Source of the DNA: a virus
Taxonomy: Duplodnaviria > Caudoviricetes
DNA length: 64,000 nucleotides
Strand: one strand, 5' to 3'
Virus record (IMG/VR): IMGVR_UViG_3300032007_000023
Span: 32,001 to 96,000 of that record
Part shown: positions 49,120 to 58,964 of the stretch, one piece after another
Numbering within the stretch: position 1 is the stretch's first letter
Layout of the letters: the number at the start of each line of letters is the position of its first letter
Notes under the pieces: generated by a model
Databases searched by the model: none
Told to the model about the DNA's origin: nothing
The model's input: only the letters and a program-made list of their open reading frames with translations
Translations under genes and position numbers: made by a program

Positions 49120-52100
49120 ATGGCTGAAGATAGGGTTCAACTTAAACAAGAAGAAATCGTTGGTAACGAAGTTGTTCTCAGCGATATAAACCCTAAGTCA
49201 AATACCAAGTCAATAGATGACCCCACGACAGGTGCTTCATTGGATAAGACTCTTGAAAGAATGTGGCAATCAATAAACAACAAACTTTCACGTATTGTCA
49301 ATAGTGTTAATGGTCGTACTGGTGTTGTCGTTCTTGATTCATCTGATGTCGGACTTGGTAATGTCGATAACGTTTCATTCGCCGATATCAAGCAATGGGT
49401 TATAACAAGAACTGCCCAGGAATTTGGTTTCAAGAGACTTGCATTATTCAATTCTCTTCGTGAACTTGATGATACTATAAACCATGAATGGTTACATGAT
49501 GAGGTGTATGCAAATAAACCCTTCTATTCACATCATGGTTATAAATCAAATGGTGTAATGGATAACCGTGGTTACATAGGTTACATCTATTACGATTCAT
49601 CTGTTAATAAGCTTAAGCATACTGAGATGGTTCTTGACACTATCGGTTCTGCTGATAATTCTATTATATATAATGAGCAAGGACATCAGAATGGTGAAAC
49701 TCGTGACTATAGTGAAAGCGGTCGTATAGGTGTAAACATCTGGACATATGAAGATGCTCTTGAGGTATATAATAATATATCCTCTGAAAATAAGGCTGAC
49801 TCGGGTCTTCGTATAAACAAAGACAATATCGCACCTAAACTTTATTTCTTTGATGGAGTATATGGTGATGGTGCTACTTCACGGGATCCAAATGCGTTAC
49901 TTTACTATGCTGCTAAGGATATCGAACAGGATAAACCAAATGCTGTTGATATTTATATCGATGGAACCAAGATAGAATATAATAGATCAAACAGTCTTGG
50001 ACAGAATCTGTACAATAATACGAATTACATCAAGCAATCATTCAAAGTAAATGATCTCATTCTTTGTAATTTCAATGATGAGAATTATCTCCAGCCGGTT
50101 GATGCTAGTCATGCTAATGATAGGGTGCTCAATATTGAAATGAATCCATTGCTTATGCTTAAGAGACCTTGTATTGGTCAGGTTACAAAAGCACCGACAG
50201 CACAAGATCCTTCGGTTAATTATGAGATTAGATTCTATTCAATAAGACAGAATATATATCGCGGTCTCAAATATGATACTATACATACTAATGATTCAGA
50301 CTATCCTAATGGGGCTTTAAGTGTTGATCTGCTTACAACAACCACTATCAAAAAAGGAGATGATCTGATTTATGTGACAACAGTACCAAATCAGAAATTC
50401 GTCAACTTAAGTGGTATGAATGCAATGCGTCCATATAATCCGAAATATCAGCATACAAATAATGGTGCTGGTGGTAAACGAACATTCAGAACCATATTGC
50501 CAACAGGTGTTATTACTGATATCTATCAGGATGATACAACTGGCTTACCTAATGAAGAAGGTTCAATGTTTATCTTACCAAACTATTCATTGTGTGTAAT
50601 TCCATATACAGCACATGTTGAACAAAACAATCAGCTTGTAAGTAACTGGCCTATGTCTGCTCCTCCTATACCCAATGAACCAAATTGGGATTATGGAAAT
50701 AATGATACCACCTTATTGGGTATTAACCTTGTTAAAGGTGTAAATAAATCATCTTCTGATACTCGTCCTGGTTTTGTAACAAACCTTTCTGGATTAAGGA
50801 TAGATGATGAGGTAGACCCAATAACTGGTAAATGGCTTGGTATTGGTGATAATTCCGGTATATCAATACAAAACCATTCAGGTGGTTTATCAGTAAATGT
50901 GGGTAGTTTCCTTGAAATAGGTAGCTCTGACGCATCATATGCAAAGAATAGATCGGATATTTTCTTCTATGAGGAAGGTAAGGTTAATGTTCGTATTGAT
51001 AAGATGCGAGGTTTACATGAATCATATGATAATAAACTTTCTGTAAATATATCAGAGAATACAGCGCCAAAGGATCATGATGCGAACCATCTCTCTGGTG
51101 GTTTGAAATTTACTGATGACTATGGTGACGAAGCTACACCACAATATGGTGTTCTCTCCGTGAATACCGGAGGAAATGCAAGAGGTTTATCAATAAAGAA
51201 TAATACTCCTTGTGATGTAAAATATAATATAGCAGGTAATCCTATACATGTCATCAATGAAAGTAATGTATTAGGTGTTCAGCTGTATGATTTAACAAGA
51301 GAAATATCTCAAACCACATCAGAAACAATAACACCTTCCGGTCTTGAAATAAAGTATGGAATCTTTGAAGAAGACATTGTTCCATTACTTCCGAACAGTA
51401 ATGTTTATTCTAAAAAAGTATGGAACACTGTATTTGATCTGGATTATGAACTCAATTTGGATCCAGCACAATATCCAAATCGAACACCATTCAAAGATAA
51501 TGAAGTATATATTGCAGCAGGTTCAAGGTGGATAGTTAGTACATCAGAACTTGTTTATCATCCCTACGTTGTATTCTATTCTGACAAAGATCAGTATGAT
51601 CAAGTTCTCGATTCAATAAGATCGGATCCTACCATATGGCCTGAATCAAAACAATGTCATGTACTTATTGAAGATTCATCAGATCCGGATGTATATACCA
51701 TAACCGGAAAAGCATATGGTGATATTATTAATTTACATTTACCAGATACTGATTTCAATGGAAGAATATTTGCAGATGATGCATCTTTTGTAAGACGTAT
51801 GACAGCTATCATGTCAAGTGCCTTACCATCAATCTATGTTAAAAAAGATGCAACAACCGGTGGTATTGAAGGATTCTATAGTGATCCTGAAAAAACAACT
51901 CCGTTTGTCATTCCATCTACTGCGGTTGAAGGTGATCTTTTTACCACTATGAACTATGTTGAGGAGTTTAATATTCCTGGTAATAGTGAATTATTATATG
52001 AAATACTTTATGAATGTTATAAACCTCAGGGATCTGATAATCTTGAATTGCGTGTGTATAAACCATCTGGTTTAGGAGATCAAGCACCAGATCCATGGAC

Positions 52101-52881
52101 AGAGTCTTCATTCATTGAGATGCTTCGTAGATCAGATGCAGATCAGAATGGTAGAATTACTACTGTTGATTCAACATGGATTCTCTCTTTTTATGCAGAG
52201 TTACAAAATGAATATCGTGGTATGTCATTGACAGATGCATGGATTGCATTTTTGGATGCTCACGGAAAGACTGTCAGTGATGATCCTATTATAACAATAT
52301 TCAGTTGTAAATATGAAAAGGGTGTTCGTATAAAATATGATGAATCGCGTGGTATAACGTATTCACCTATATTGATCGAAGGATCATTAATTGATGGAAC
52401 CGATAGATCTGATTATGATATTAATACACTTAGGGCTAATGCAAAACATGATGCTATCAGTATTAAAATCGCAGATCCTTCTTCAGGTGTTTTGACATTC
52501 GACAAATATATTTGTGGAGGTCTTAGGTTTGGCACAAATGGATATCTCGGTGTGCGTATAAATAATTCAAACAAATATAATGCAGCATTACCATCAAAGA
52601 ATAATGGAACACAGAGTGATGATCTCTCCATAGGAACCCGTGGTCTTCATATATATGACAAGAATATTCTCGGTATTCAGTTAACTAATGACGGCAGAAT
52701 CGATAATGGTGAGTTATATTTTGATGAAGACGGTAATCTTCGTATATCTAAAGCATTTAATCCGGGAAAAGAAAACATGACAATTTCAGGAAAATTGAAT
52801 GGAGTAACAACAAATGTTTCTTATAATGGATCTGAAGATGTTACAATAACACTTGGTCCTGGATTGTGTTTTAGTGAATGA
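49120..52881 (+). CDS. Tail-fibre-like protein with an embedded dockerin-like domain
   Basis: N-terminal VNSVNGRTGVVVL...DVGLGNVDN fibre motif; repeated GL...L.V/I fibre-shaft segments; paired Ca-binding loops DTDFNGRIFADDA and DADQNGRITTVDS..ILSFYA; C-terminal YNGSEDVTITL. Start at ATG 49120 behind AAGGAG. Confidence 0.7.
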   Translation: MAEDRVQLKQEEIVGNEVVLSDINPKSNTKSIDDPTTGASLDKTLERMWQSINNKLSRIVNSVNGRTGVVVLDSSDVGLGNVDNVSFADIKQWVITRTAQEFGFKRLALFNSLRELDDTINHEWLHDEVYANKPFYSHHGYKSNGVMDNRGYIGYIYYDSSVNKLKHTEMVLDTIGSADNSIIYNEQGHQNGETRDYSESGRIGVNIWTYEDALEVYNNISSENKADSGLRINKDNIAPKLYFFDGVYGDGATSRDPNALLYYAAKDIEQDKPNAVDIYIDGTKIEYNRSNSLGQNLYNNTNYIKQSFKVNDLILCNFNDENYLQPVDASHANDRVLNIEMNPLLMLKRPCIGQVTKAPTAQDPSVNYEIRFYSIRQNIYRGLKYDTIHTNDSDYPNGALSVDLLTTTTIKKGDDLIYVTTVPNQKFVNLSGMNAMRPYNPKYQHTNNGAGGKRTFRTILPTGVITDIYQDDTTGLPNEEGSMFILPNYSLCVIPYTAHVEQNNQLVSNWPMSAPPIPNEPNWDYGNNDTTLLGINLVKGVNKSSSDTRPGFVTNLSGLRIDDEVDPITGKWLGIGDNSGISIQNHSGGLSVNVGSFLEIGSSDASYAKNRSDIFFYEEGKVNVRIDKMRGLHESYDNKLSVNISENTAPKDHDANHLSGGLKFTDDYGDEATPQYGVLSVNTGGNARGLSIKNNTPCDVKYNIAGNPIHVINESNVLGVQLYDLTREISQTTSETITPSGLEIKYGIFEEDIVPLLPNSNVYSKKVWNTVFDLDYELNLDPAQYPNRTPFKDNEVYIAAGSRWIVSTSELVYHPYVVFYSDKDQYDQVLDSIRSDPTIWPESKQCHVLIEDSSDPDVYTITGKAYGDIINLHLPDTDFNGRIFADDASFVRRMTAIMSSALPSIYVKKDATTGGIEGFYSDPEKTTPFVIPSTAVEGDLFTTMNYVEEFNIPGNSELLYEILYECYKPQGSDNLELRVYKPSGLGDQAPDPWTESSFIEMLRRSDADQNGRITTVDSTWILSFYAELQNEYRGMSLTDAWIAFLDAHGKTVSDDPIITIFSCKYEKGVRIKYDESRGITYSPILIEGSLIDGTDRSDYDINTLRANAKHDAISIKIADPSSGVLTFDKYICGGLRFGTNGYLGVRINNSNKYNAALPSKNNGTQSDDLSIGTRGLHIYDKNILGIQLTNDGRIDNGELYFDEDGNLRISKAFNPGKENMTISGKLNGVTTNVSYNGSEDVTITLGPGLCFSE

Positions 52882-52899
52882 GAAAGGAGATTTTGTTAA

Positions 52900-53412
52900 A
52901 TGAGTAATATTAAAATCACTCTTGCTCTTGATAATTCACTTGAATATGGTAATAAGGGTACAGGTCCATTACGAATAAAAGCATCAAAACTTGACGAAGG
53001 TACTTCGCGTGCTAATACATTAGAATTTAAATCTGATGGATTATATGCTCAAGCAAAGCCAGGAGACCCCGGTTCTACAGGAACCGGGTATCCTGACAGA
53101 TATGAATCATATAATGGAATAAAGTCCGGTGTCACAACACCGCATTCAGATGATTCATACCCGCGGAGAATCGTTGCAGATTGTTTTATTCATCGAGTCT
53201 TTACTGGAGTATGGAGAAATAATACTGTTGAAGATCTTGACGTACGAGATTTCGATAGAATATATCCTGGGGATCTCGTGCGATACAAAAATACAGTAGA
53301 CAATAAATGGGTGTATCATGTAATCACTGCAGTTGATAATACCGATCAACATATTCTTGAATTATCTCGAGTAATAGCATTTATTCCTTTTACAGAAACA
53401 GAGGTTAATTGA
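52900..53412 (+). CDS. Small fibre-like structural protein (paralog 1 of 3)
   Basis: MSNIKITL...NTLEFKSDGLYA..KPGDPG. Confidence 0.55.
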   Translation: MSNIKITLALDNSLEYGNKGTGPLRIKASKLDEGTSRANTLEFKSDGLYAQAKPGDPGSTGTGYPDRYESYNGIKSGVTTPHSDDSYPRRIVADCFIHRVFTGVWRNNTVEDLDVRDFDRIYPGDLVRYKNTVDNKWVYHVITAVDNTDQHILELSRVIAFIPFTETEVN

Positions 53413-53429
53413 TTTAGGTGGTGTGATGA

Positions 53430-53837
53430 ATGAGTAAAAATATAAAATTAACAATAGACGCATTACCAACATCTTCAACGGGACTCGGGTTTGATGATAA
53501 TAAATTAGTAGTTAAAATATCAAAGACTGCTAATAACGGACTGAGTATTGTTAATGGAAAGCTTGTTGCTACAAAAGCACCTGATGGTACACCAGGTGGT
53601 GGAACAATGAATCTTCCTGGTAATGCAATTGGTCCGACAACAGCATCAAGCACTACAGCTCTTGGTACAGTGGGTTTAAATAAAACGGTATCAAGAAAAC
53701 AAAAGGCAGGTAGTAATCAAAGTCAATTTGTAAAAGATTCTGATGGTCCTGTAATGACAAAAGTGTCAAACGGTTCATTGGTCTCTAATAAATCCATTGC
53801 ATCATACATGATTCGTTATAATCAAGAAAACCCATAA
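53430..53837 (+). CDS. Small fibre-like structural protein (paralog 2 of 3)
   Basis: MSKNIKLTI...GLGFDDNKLVVK...NGLSIVNGKL...PDGTPG. Confidence 0.55.
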   Translation: MSKNIKLTIDALPTSSTGLGFDDNKLVVKISKTANNGLSIVNGKLVATKAPDGTPGGGTMNLPGNAIGPTTASSTTALGTVGLNKTVSRKQKAGSNQSQFVKDSDGPVMTKVSNGSLVSNKSIASYMIRYNQENP

Positions 53838-53864
53838 ATATAAATGCGAGGTGATATATGAATC

Positions 53865-54596
53865 ATGAGTAAAAATATTAAAATCAATTTGGATCTTGGC
53901 GACGGTTTAAAAACCGAAAATGATAAATTATGTGTTGATTTTGAACCCAACTCATATATCCGATTAGATACTGATTCTGGTATCCCAGGACATAACGGTT
54001 TACACGTATCTAATTTAAATGGTGAAGATGGAGCTGGTGGTAGATCAACCTGTGACAATTGGACACTCGTTCCTGGTAATGGTGTAAAAATACCAAAGGT
54101 TTGGAGTGACCAAATAACAAATTTCTTGGACGTAAGTAGAGATGTCATAACCTGTATATTTAGTATGGGTTTATATAGAATATCCAATAGGAGAACATCT
54201 TCTCCACAATACACTTCTAATGTCAAAGATGTTAGAGCTATGTGTAATGAAATTGATGCTCCAAGTAGATATTGTTCGGGTACATATTATAGACCATGGA
54301 TTGGTGATATAATTCAGCTCGTTGAATATCCAAGTCTGAGGTATGATACAGGAAAAGGTGACTATTCCGGACAGAATTTCTGGTGTGAATCATTACGTCG
54401 TGAAGGTCTGGATAAAGATAATAACCGTCAGAAAACCAGAGTAATGTTCGTCATAACAAGTATAGAATATGGTGGTTCTGATGGAGCATGGATAAACAGT
54501 TTATCTTTACAATGTATATATTCTAAAGACGTTGGCACATATGTTGTAGGAAATACATACACAGGAAGTTATGATTTTTCTGCACCTTACGTTTAA
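53865..54596 (+). CDS. Small fibre-like structural protein (paralog 3 of 3)
   Basis: MSKNIKINL...GLKTENDKLCVD...NGLHV...NGEDG. Confidence 0.55.
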   Translation: MSKNIKINLDLGDGLKTENDKLCVDFEPNSYIRLDTDSGIPGHNGLHVSNLNGEDGAGGRSTCDNWTLVPGNGVKIPKVWSDQITNFLDVSRDVITCIFSMGLYRISNRRTSSPQYTSNVKDVRAMCNEIDAPSRYCSGTYYRPWIGDIIQLVEYPSLRYDTGKGDYSGQNFWCESLRREGLDKDNNRQKTRVMFVITSIEYGGSDGAWINSLSLQCIYSKDVGTYVVGNTYTGSYDFSAPYV

Positions 54597-54623
54597 TCAT
54601 CATATAAGTAGGAGGTTAATAGA

Positions 54624-55964
54624 ATGGATAAAATAAACCTTAAAGATCAGCTCTCTTTTGCTGATGATTCTAATATGAAACATGGTCTCAGAGGTCATGT
54701 TAAAATAGAGCTTGAAAATACCGAAACAAAAGAAAGGAAATTCTGGTATGAAGATGATAATATCATACCAATATCAGGTTACCAATGGATTCTGATGAAG
54801 ATGTTCGGTTTACATCTTGACTCTGTTCATGACCCTAATGTGAAATACGAAGAGATTGGTAAAGATACATCTCTTGTTATCCCGGATCTCAATGAAGTTG
54901 GTCAACTCGGTATCGGCAGAGACCCTCAGGATACTCGTGAAGGATATGGATATACCCCAATGGATGACGACATATCATCGAATCATTTCATCCAGGGATT
55001 CCTCGTTGGTAATGGTGGTGCCGCTGAAGATGTTATAACAACTAAGAATACAGATTATTCTTATACAAATCTTCGTTCTCCTATACCGTTCCAGCAGGTA
55101 TCTGCTATCGAGGGACTTGATTCTTCTATGGCTGGAAAATACCTTGGCGTATTCCGTCAGTCATCAACAGATCAGAAATCTTATTTCATAAAGAAATTTG
55201 ATTCAAGAGCTCATATCTATCACAACTGGTGGAGAGACGGTCAGCGTTGGGATTACCTCGATCCTGTTGTTCCATCCGAACTTGGTCCTGGCAGAAATGG
55301 TGATAACAATGTTACTCCTAAGACAAACAGAATTGAGACATATGCAGAGGTAGAAATGTCTATCGATGTTAAGAACGGTGACTGCATGGGTTACTTTGCT
55401 CATTCTGGTAATAATGAAACTGCAAAGATCAATGAGCTCGGTCTTGTTGCATTTGATACTGTTCCCGGTGAAAGATCTACTGTAGAGCAGTTATACAATA
55501 CTCTTATCAAGAGAATGATAACTATCATCTTTGATGAAGATCGTGGTGAATATGCTGGTGAAGAAGTTGTATCTCTTGCAGGCGACATATCCACAGTACT
55601 TCAAGAAAATCTTATCTATGAAAAGGGTCAGACCAATATCAATAATTTCATAGATAACGTTGTAAATGTTCTTGCTAATGCATCTCCTGCTGATATTGAT
55701 TATACTGCAATGCAGGTAGAATTATGTCGTGTTGATGAACATGATAATCCTACTAATATCGGTGTTCAGGCATATTACAATCAGAATCATGTATTCCAAT
55801 ACTTCACAGACAAGTTCCTTGATTATCTTGCTGGAGAAGAGTTCTCAGCTCTCACAACCGACGAAGCTCAGAGAATTAAGCTTGTAACATATTACACCTT
55901 TAATTCTATACCTCTTCAGGAAAACTGGAAGGTTCTTATTTCATATAGAATTTATGCTAACTGA
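54624..55964 (+). CDS. Putative baseplate/tail structural protein
   Basis: LRGHV...DN.I.I.G, GF.VGNGG, PIPF, YFIKKF, INELGL and C-terminal YRIY, typical of jumbo-phage tail proteins. Confidence 0.5.
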   Translation: MDKINLKDQLSFADDSNMKHGLRGHVKIELENTETKERKFWYEDDNIIPISGYQWILMKMFGLHLDSVHDPNVKYEEIGKDTSLVIPDLNEVGQLGIGRDPQDTREGYGYTPMDDDISSNHFIQGFLVGNGGAAEDVITTKNTDYSYTNLRSPIPFQQVSAIEGLDSSMAGKYLGVFRQSSTDQKSYFIKKFDSRAHIYHNWWRDGQRWDYLDPVVPSELGPGRNGDNNVTPKTNRIETYAEVEMSIDVKNGDCMGYFAHSGNNETAKINELGLVAFDTVPGERSTVEQLYNTLIKRMITIIFDEDRGEYAGEEVVSLAGDISTVLQENLIYEKGQTNINNFIDNVVNVLANASPADIDYTAMQVELCRVDEHDNPTNIGVQAYYNQNHVFQYFTDKFLDYLAGEEFSALTTDEAQRIKLVTYYTFNSIPLQENWKVLISYRIYAN

Positions 55965-55981
55965 TGAAGAGGTGTTTAACT

Positions 55982-58297
55982 ATGGAAAATACACAGTTAT
56001 TATCTATGATAGACTGTATTACTGAACGGCAGGAAATGGCCGAATTAGAAGTGGCCATTTCCATAGTTGAACAGTGTGTCAAGATGTGGGAAATTGATGA
56101 TCTTCATCGTGGTGATTCTCTTGATGATTTCGCCATATTCCAAGAAGGACAGCTACTTGATGATGCAACTGGAGCTGGTAAACAGGAATCATTGATTAAG
56201 AAAGCAATGCTTCTTCTTCCTCGTTTACTCGGTGCTATAATAAAAGCAATCAAGATGAAGTTGACAGTCAAGGCATCTGTCAAAGAAACATCTCCACGAA
56301 GTGCTTTCCTTAAATATGGAGAAGTTACAACAGAAAGTCTGTCTAAGAAAGAAATCGAAAAGATCAAAAAACAAAAGAAAGATAGTCCTGTATATAAAGC
56401 TATTCTTGGTGTTGGTTGTGCTAGCATTGCTATAGCTGGTGCTGGATTTGCATTCAGAATATCAGACTATTCAGAAGCAGTCGAATTCAAGGATGATGTA
56501 TCGTTTACTATATCCGAAGACCTTAAGGGTATTCGTGTTGTATTCCCATTCTATAAGATCGAAGCTATTAAGAATTTCAATGTCAAGTTTGACGGAATTC
56601 ATCAATCACTTAAAACAGATTTCTTTGGTAATATTGATCAGCTCATGAATCTTATGAAGACTATTGTCACAAACCAGGCTCGTGTATCTGAACGTGACTT
56701 TGCAGATCCGCCGGCATGGACTGCTTATTATCAAAATGAGATAAGAGGTGAATTTAATAAGTTCGCTGATAATCTCGAAAAGATAAAGAATATTCTTGGC
56801 GAGCATAAGATCAATAGCAATACTGTTGCTATTGGTAAAACTCAAGTCAAAGAATTCGTCAAGAAAGTTGAAGAGCTCACAAAGAAGCTCCCAAATGATC
56901 TCGAACTCATTGAGAAGTTTAATGATAAGCTCATCAAGGTATACGATATTCTTGCAAACCCTTCGCTTCACACAAAGCGTGAGATAAAAAAGGCTAACAA
57001 ACTTACATTCAAGCCTATATTCAGTAAAGATGAAATCAATATCTATAAGCTTGATACATCTGAATTATCTGCAGCTATTAAACTCTTTAATGAGTTTGCT
57101 GCTGATAATAAGGGTGAAACTTATGCTGGAATGCTTAAAGCTGCAAAAACATCATCTAAGTTTGCACAAGGTGTAAAGCACATAGAGAATCAATTCAACT
57201 GTTCTATTGATTATACCATATATGGAAAGGGTGGAGCTACCGCCACATATAAAAATAAACCGGGTGATATGAAGGTTACTTTCAATAAGCAACGTGGTTT
57301 TGATCTCGGTGGTGCTAGACTTAATATATTTCTTGATCCAGCCTATTCAGATTCAAAGGCTGGTTCATCCGGTGTTATGGGTCAAATGTTTTGTAGCATA
57401 ATATGCCATGAGATATTCCATAATATAGCAATGCTTGTTCATGTGTATAACACAAAAACTGGTGATGCTATCAGTAAGATCTTTACTAATGTTTATATTG
57501 GTTATGAGAAACTAAAGTCTCTGATTCTTTATATAATGACAGGATATGCGATTTCTCTCGGAGTACAAGGTGTTGACGATATTACTACTCAGAAACGTCT
57601 TGCTTTTGTAATAGAGAATTTTGAAGATAAACAGAAGATGCAGGATTTCATGAATAAGATTACGACTGATTCAGACAAGGATCTTATTGAACCTATAAAT
57701 GTTGATAATGGTGATTCTTCAAAAGCAGCCGTATTCATATCTAAAATACCTAATTTCATGGCCAGTCCTGAATTCAAGACTGTTTGCTCTGCTATAATCG
57801 CGATCATGTATAGATATAACTTCAAGCTCGGTGGTATGTTTGCTATATCTGCATTATTCATGTCTATCTACGGATTAACAGATGTTAAGATGGAGAAGAC
57901 TAACGAAGAAACAATGTGTGATATGTGTGCTGCTATATACAAGCTTCCTGTATACCTTGCAGATGTAAGTTCACAGCGTAAGAATAAAACTGCACGTGAT
58001 ATGTCTACACACGGTAGATTTGATGTACATAGTGCAACATTCGATAGACAGACCGTTTCACTCGGTCTTGCTAAGGAAATGCTTAATTCTGGTGAACAAC
58101 TCGATCCTGATGTTAAGAAGTATCTTGAATTCATCGTTAAGGAAAACGCAGGAAATCAGTATGTTGAAAGGAAGTTCACCAAGAAGCAGATGAAGAAGTC
58201 TGCTCCTGCATTTACTGAAAATATTAACAGAGCTATCACAAACTTTGTTAAGGATCATAATATAACTCTCACAGATGATGAAGGAGATACTACATAA
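55982..58297 (+). CDS. Putative internal head protein with a HEXXH zinc-metallopeptidase-like motif
   Basis: IICHEIFHNI, downstream EE.MCD..A and DVH; N-terminal acidic propeptide-like region ending FQEG. Start at ATG 55982 behind GAGGTG. Confidence 0.5.
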   Translation: MENTQLLSMIDCITERQEMAELEVAISIVEQCVKMWEIDDLHRGDSLDDFAIFQEGQLLDDATGAGKQESLIKKAMLLLPRLLGAIIKAIKMKLTVKASVKETSPRSAFLKYGEVTTESLSKKEIEKIKKQKKDSPVYKAILGVGCASIAIAGAGFAFRISDYSEAVEFKDDVSFTISEDLKGIRVVFPFYKIEAIKNFNVKFDGIHQSLKTDFFGNIDQLMNLMKTIVTNQARVSERDFADPPAWTAYYQNEIRGEFNKFADNLEKIKNILGEHKINSNTVAIGKTQVKEFVKKVEELTKKLPNDLELIEKFNDKLIKVYDILANPSLHTKREIKKANKLTFKPIFSKDEINIYKLDTSELSAAIKLFNEFAADNKGETYAGMLKAAKTSSKFAQGVKHIENQFNCSIDYTIYGKGGATATYKNKPGDMKVTFNKQRGFDLGGARLNIFLDPAYSDSKAGSSGVMGQMFCSIICHEIFHNIAMLVHVYNTKTGDAISKIFTNVYIGYEKLKSLILYIMTGYAISLGVQGVDDITTQKRLAFVIENFEDKQKMQDFMNKITTDSDKDLIEPINVDNGDSSKAAVFISKIPNFMASPEFKTVCSAIIAIMYRYNFKLGGMFAISALFMSIYGLTDVKMEKTNEETMCDMCAAIYKLPVYLADVSSQRKNKTARDMSTHGRFDVHSATFDRQTVSLGLAKEMLNSGEQLDPDVKKYLEFIVKENAGNQYVERKFTKKQMKKSAPAFTENINRAITNFVKDHNITLTDDEGDTT

Positions 58298-58866
58298 TGG
58301 ATATAAATCAGAAAAACGTTGAGCAAATGCTCCATGATGTTTCTGGTAATATTCAAGCAAAAGTCTCAGATATACTTGGTGTCTTTTCAGGTATTAAATG
58401 GAACAAGGTATCGTTTACAATTCCAACGGTACCTGTTCCATCACATCGTCCTCGTCTTTGTGGTTACCGGGTCTATGTACCCGGTGCTGCAAAGAACCAA
58501 TCTTTTTTCAACAGAAATGTTTTACCTAAACTCAATGGTTTATTCATAACCACTCCTTGTAAAATGAAGGTAGATATCTTTTGTAAAACTCCAACGTCTT
58601 TTACTAAGACACAACAGATACTTGCCGAAATGAAGGTTATTCGTCCATGGGGGAATACTGGTGATGTTGATAACTTTGCAAAAGCCGTAATGGATCAAAT
58701 GATGCCAAACGAAAAAAGAGGACATGTGGGTATATTACGAGATGATTGTCTTGTAACAGATCTTGATGTAAAAAAATATTATTCTCGTACTCCGAGATAC
58801 GAGGTTACGATTACTTATATGGAAGAATTACCAGATAACGTCAAGAAGACTATGCGATTGGATTAA
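58297..58866 (+). CDS. rusA: RusA-family Holliday junction resolvase
   Basis: PVPSHRPR, RP...GDVDNFAKAVMD, ILRDD..V, KYYS..PR.EV.I. Confidence 0.85.
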   Translation: MDINQKNVEQMLHDVSGNIQAKVSDILGVFSGIKWNKVSFTIPTVPVPSHRPRLCGYRVYVPGAAKNQSFFNRNVLPKLNGLFITTPCKMKVDIFCKTPTSFTKTQQILAEMKVIRPWGNTGDVDNFAKAVMDQMMPNEKRGHVGILRDDCLVTDLDVKKYYSRTPRYEVTITYMEELPDNVKKTMRLD

Positions 58867-58964
58867 TGGGGTATAATGAGTAACGACTGCTTGATAATTG
58901 AATCCCATACGAATAAGTATTATTCTCGTACTCCGAGATACGAGGTTACGATTACTTATATGGA
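58777..58964 (+). repeat. 47-bp perfect direct repeat (58777-58823 and 58918-58964)
   Basis: TATTATTCTCGTACTCCGAGATACGAGGTTACGATTACTTATATGGA occurs twice, 141 bp apart. Confidence 0.95.

Noticed and set aside
33755-54596. Diversity-generating retroelement or invertible shufflon acting on tail fibres
   Set aside because: No reverse transcriptase or recombinase in the window, and no template/variable repeat pair with adenine-specific mismatches was seen.
58777-58964. 47-bp direct repeat as a CRISPR mini-array or attachment site
   Set aside because: Only two copies, both protein-coding in the rusA frame with homologous flanks; no cas or integrase gene nearby.
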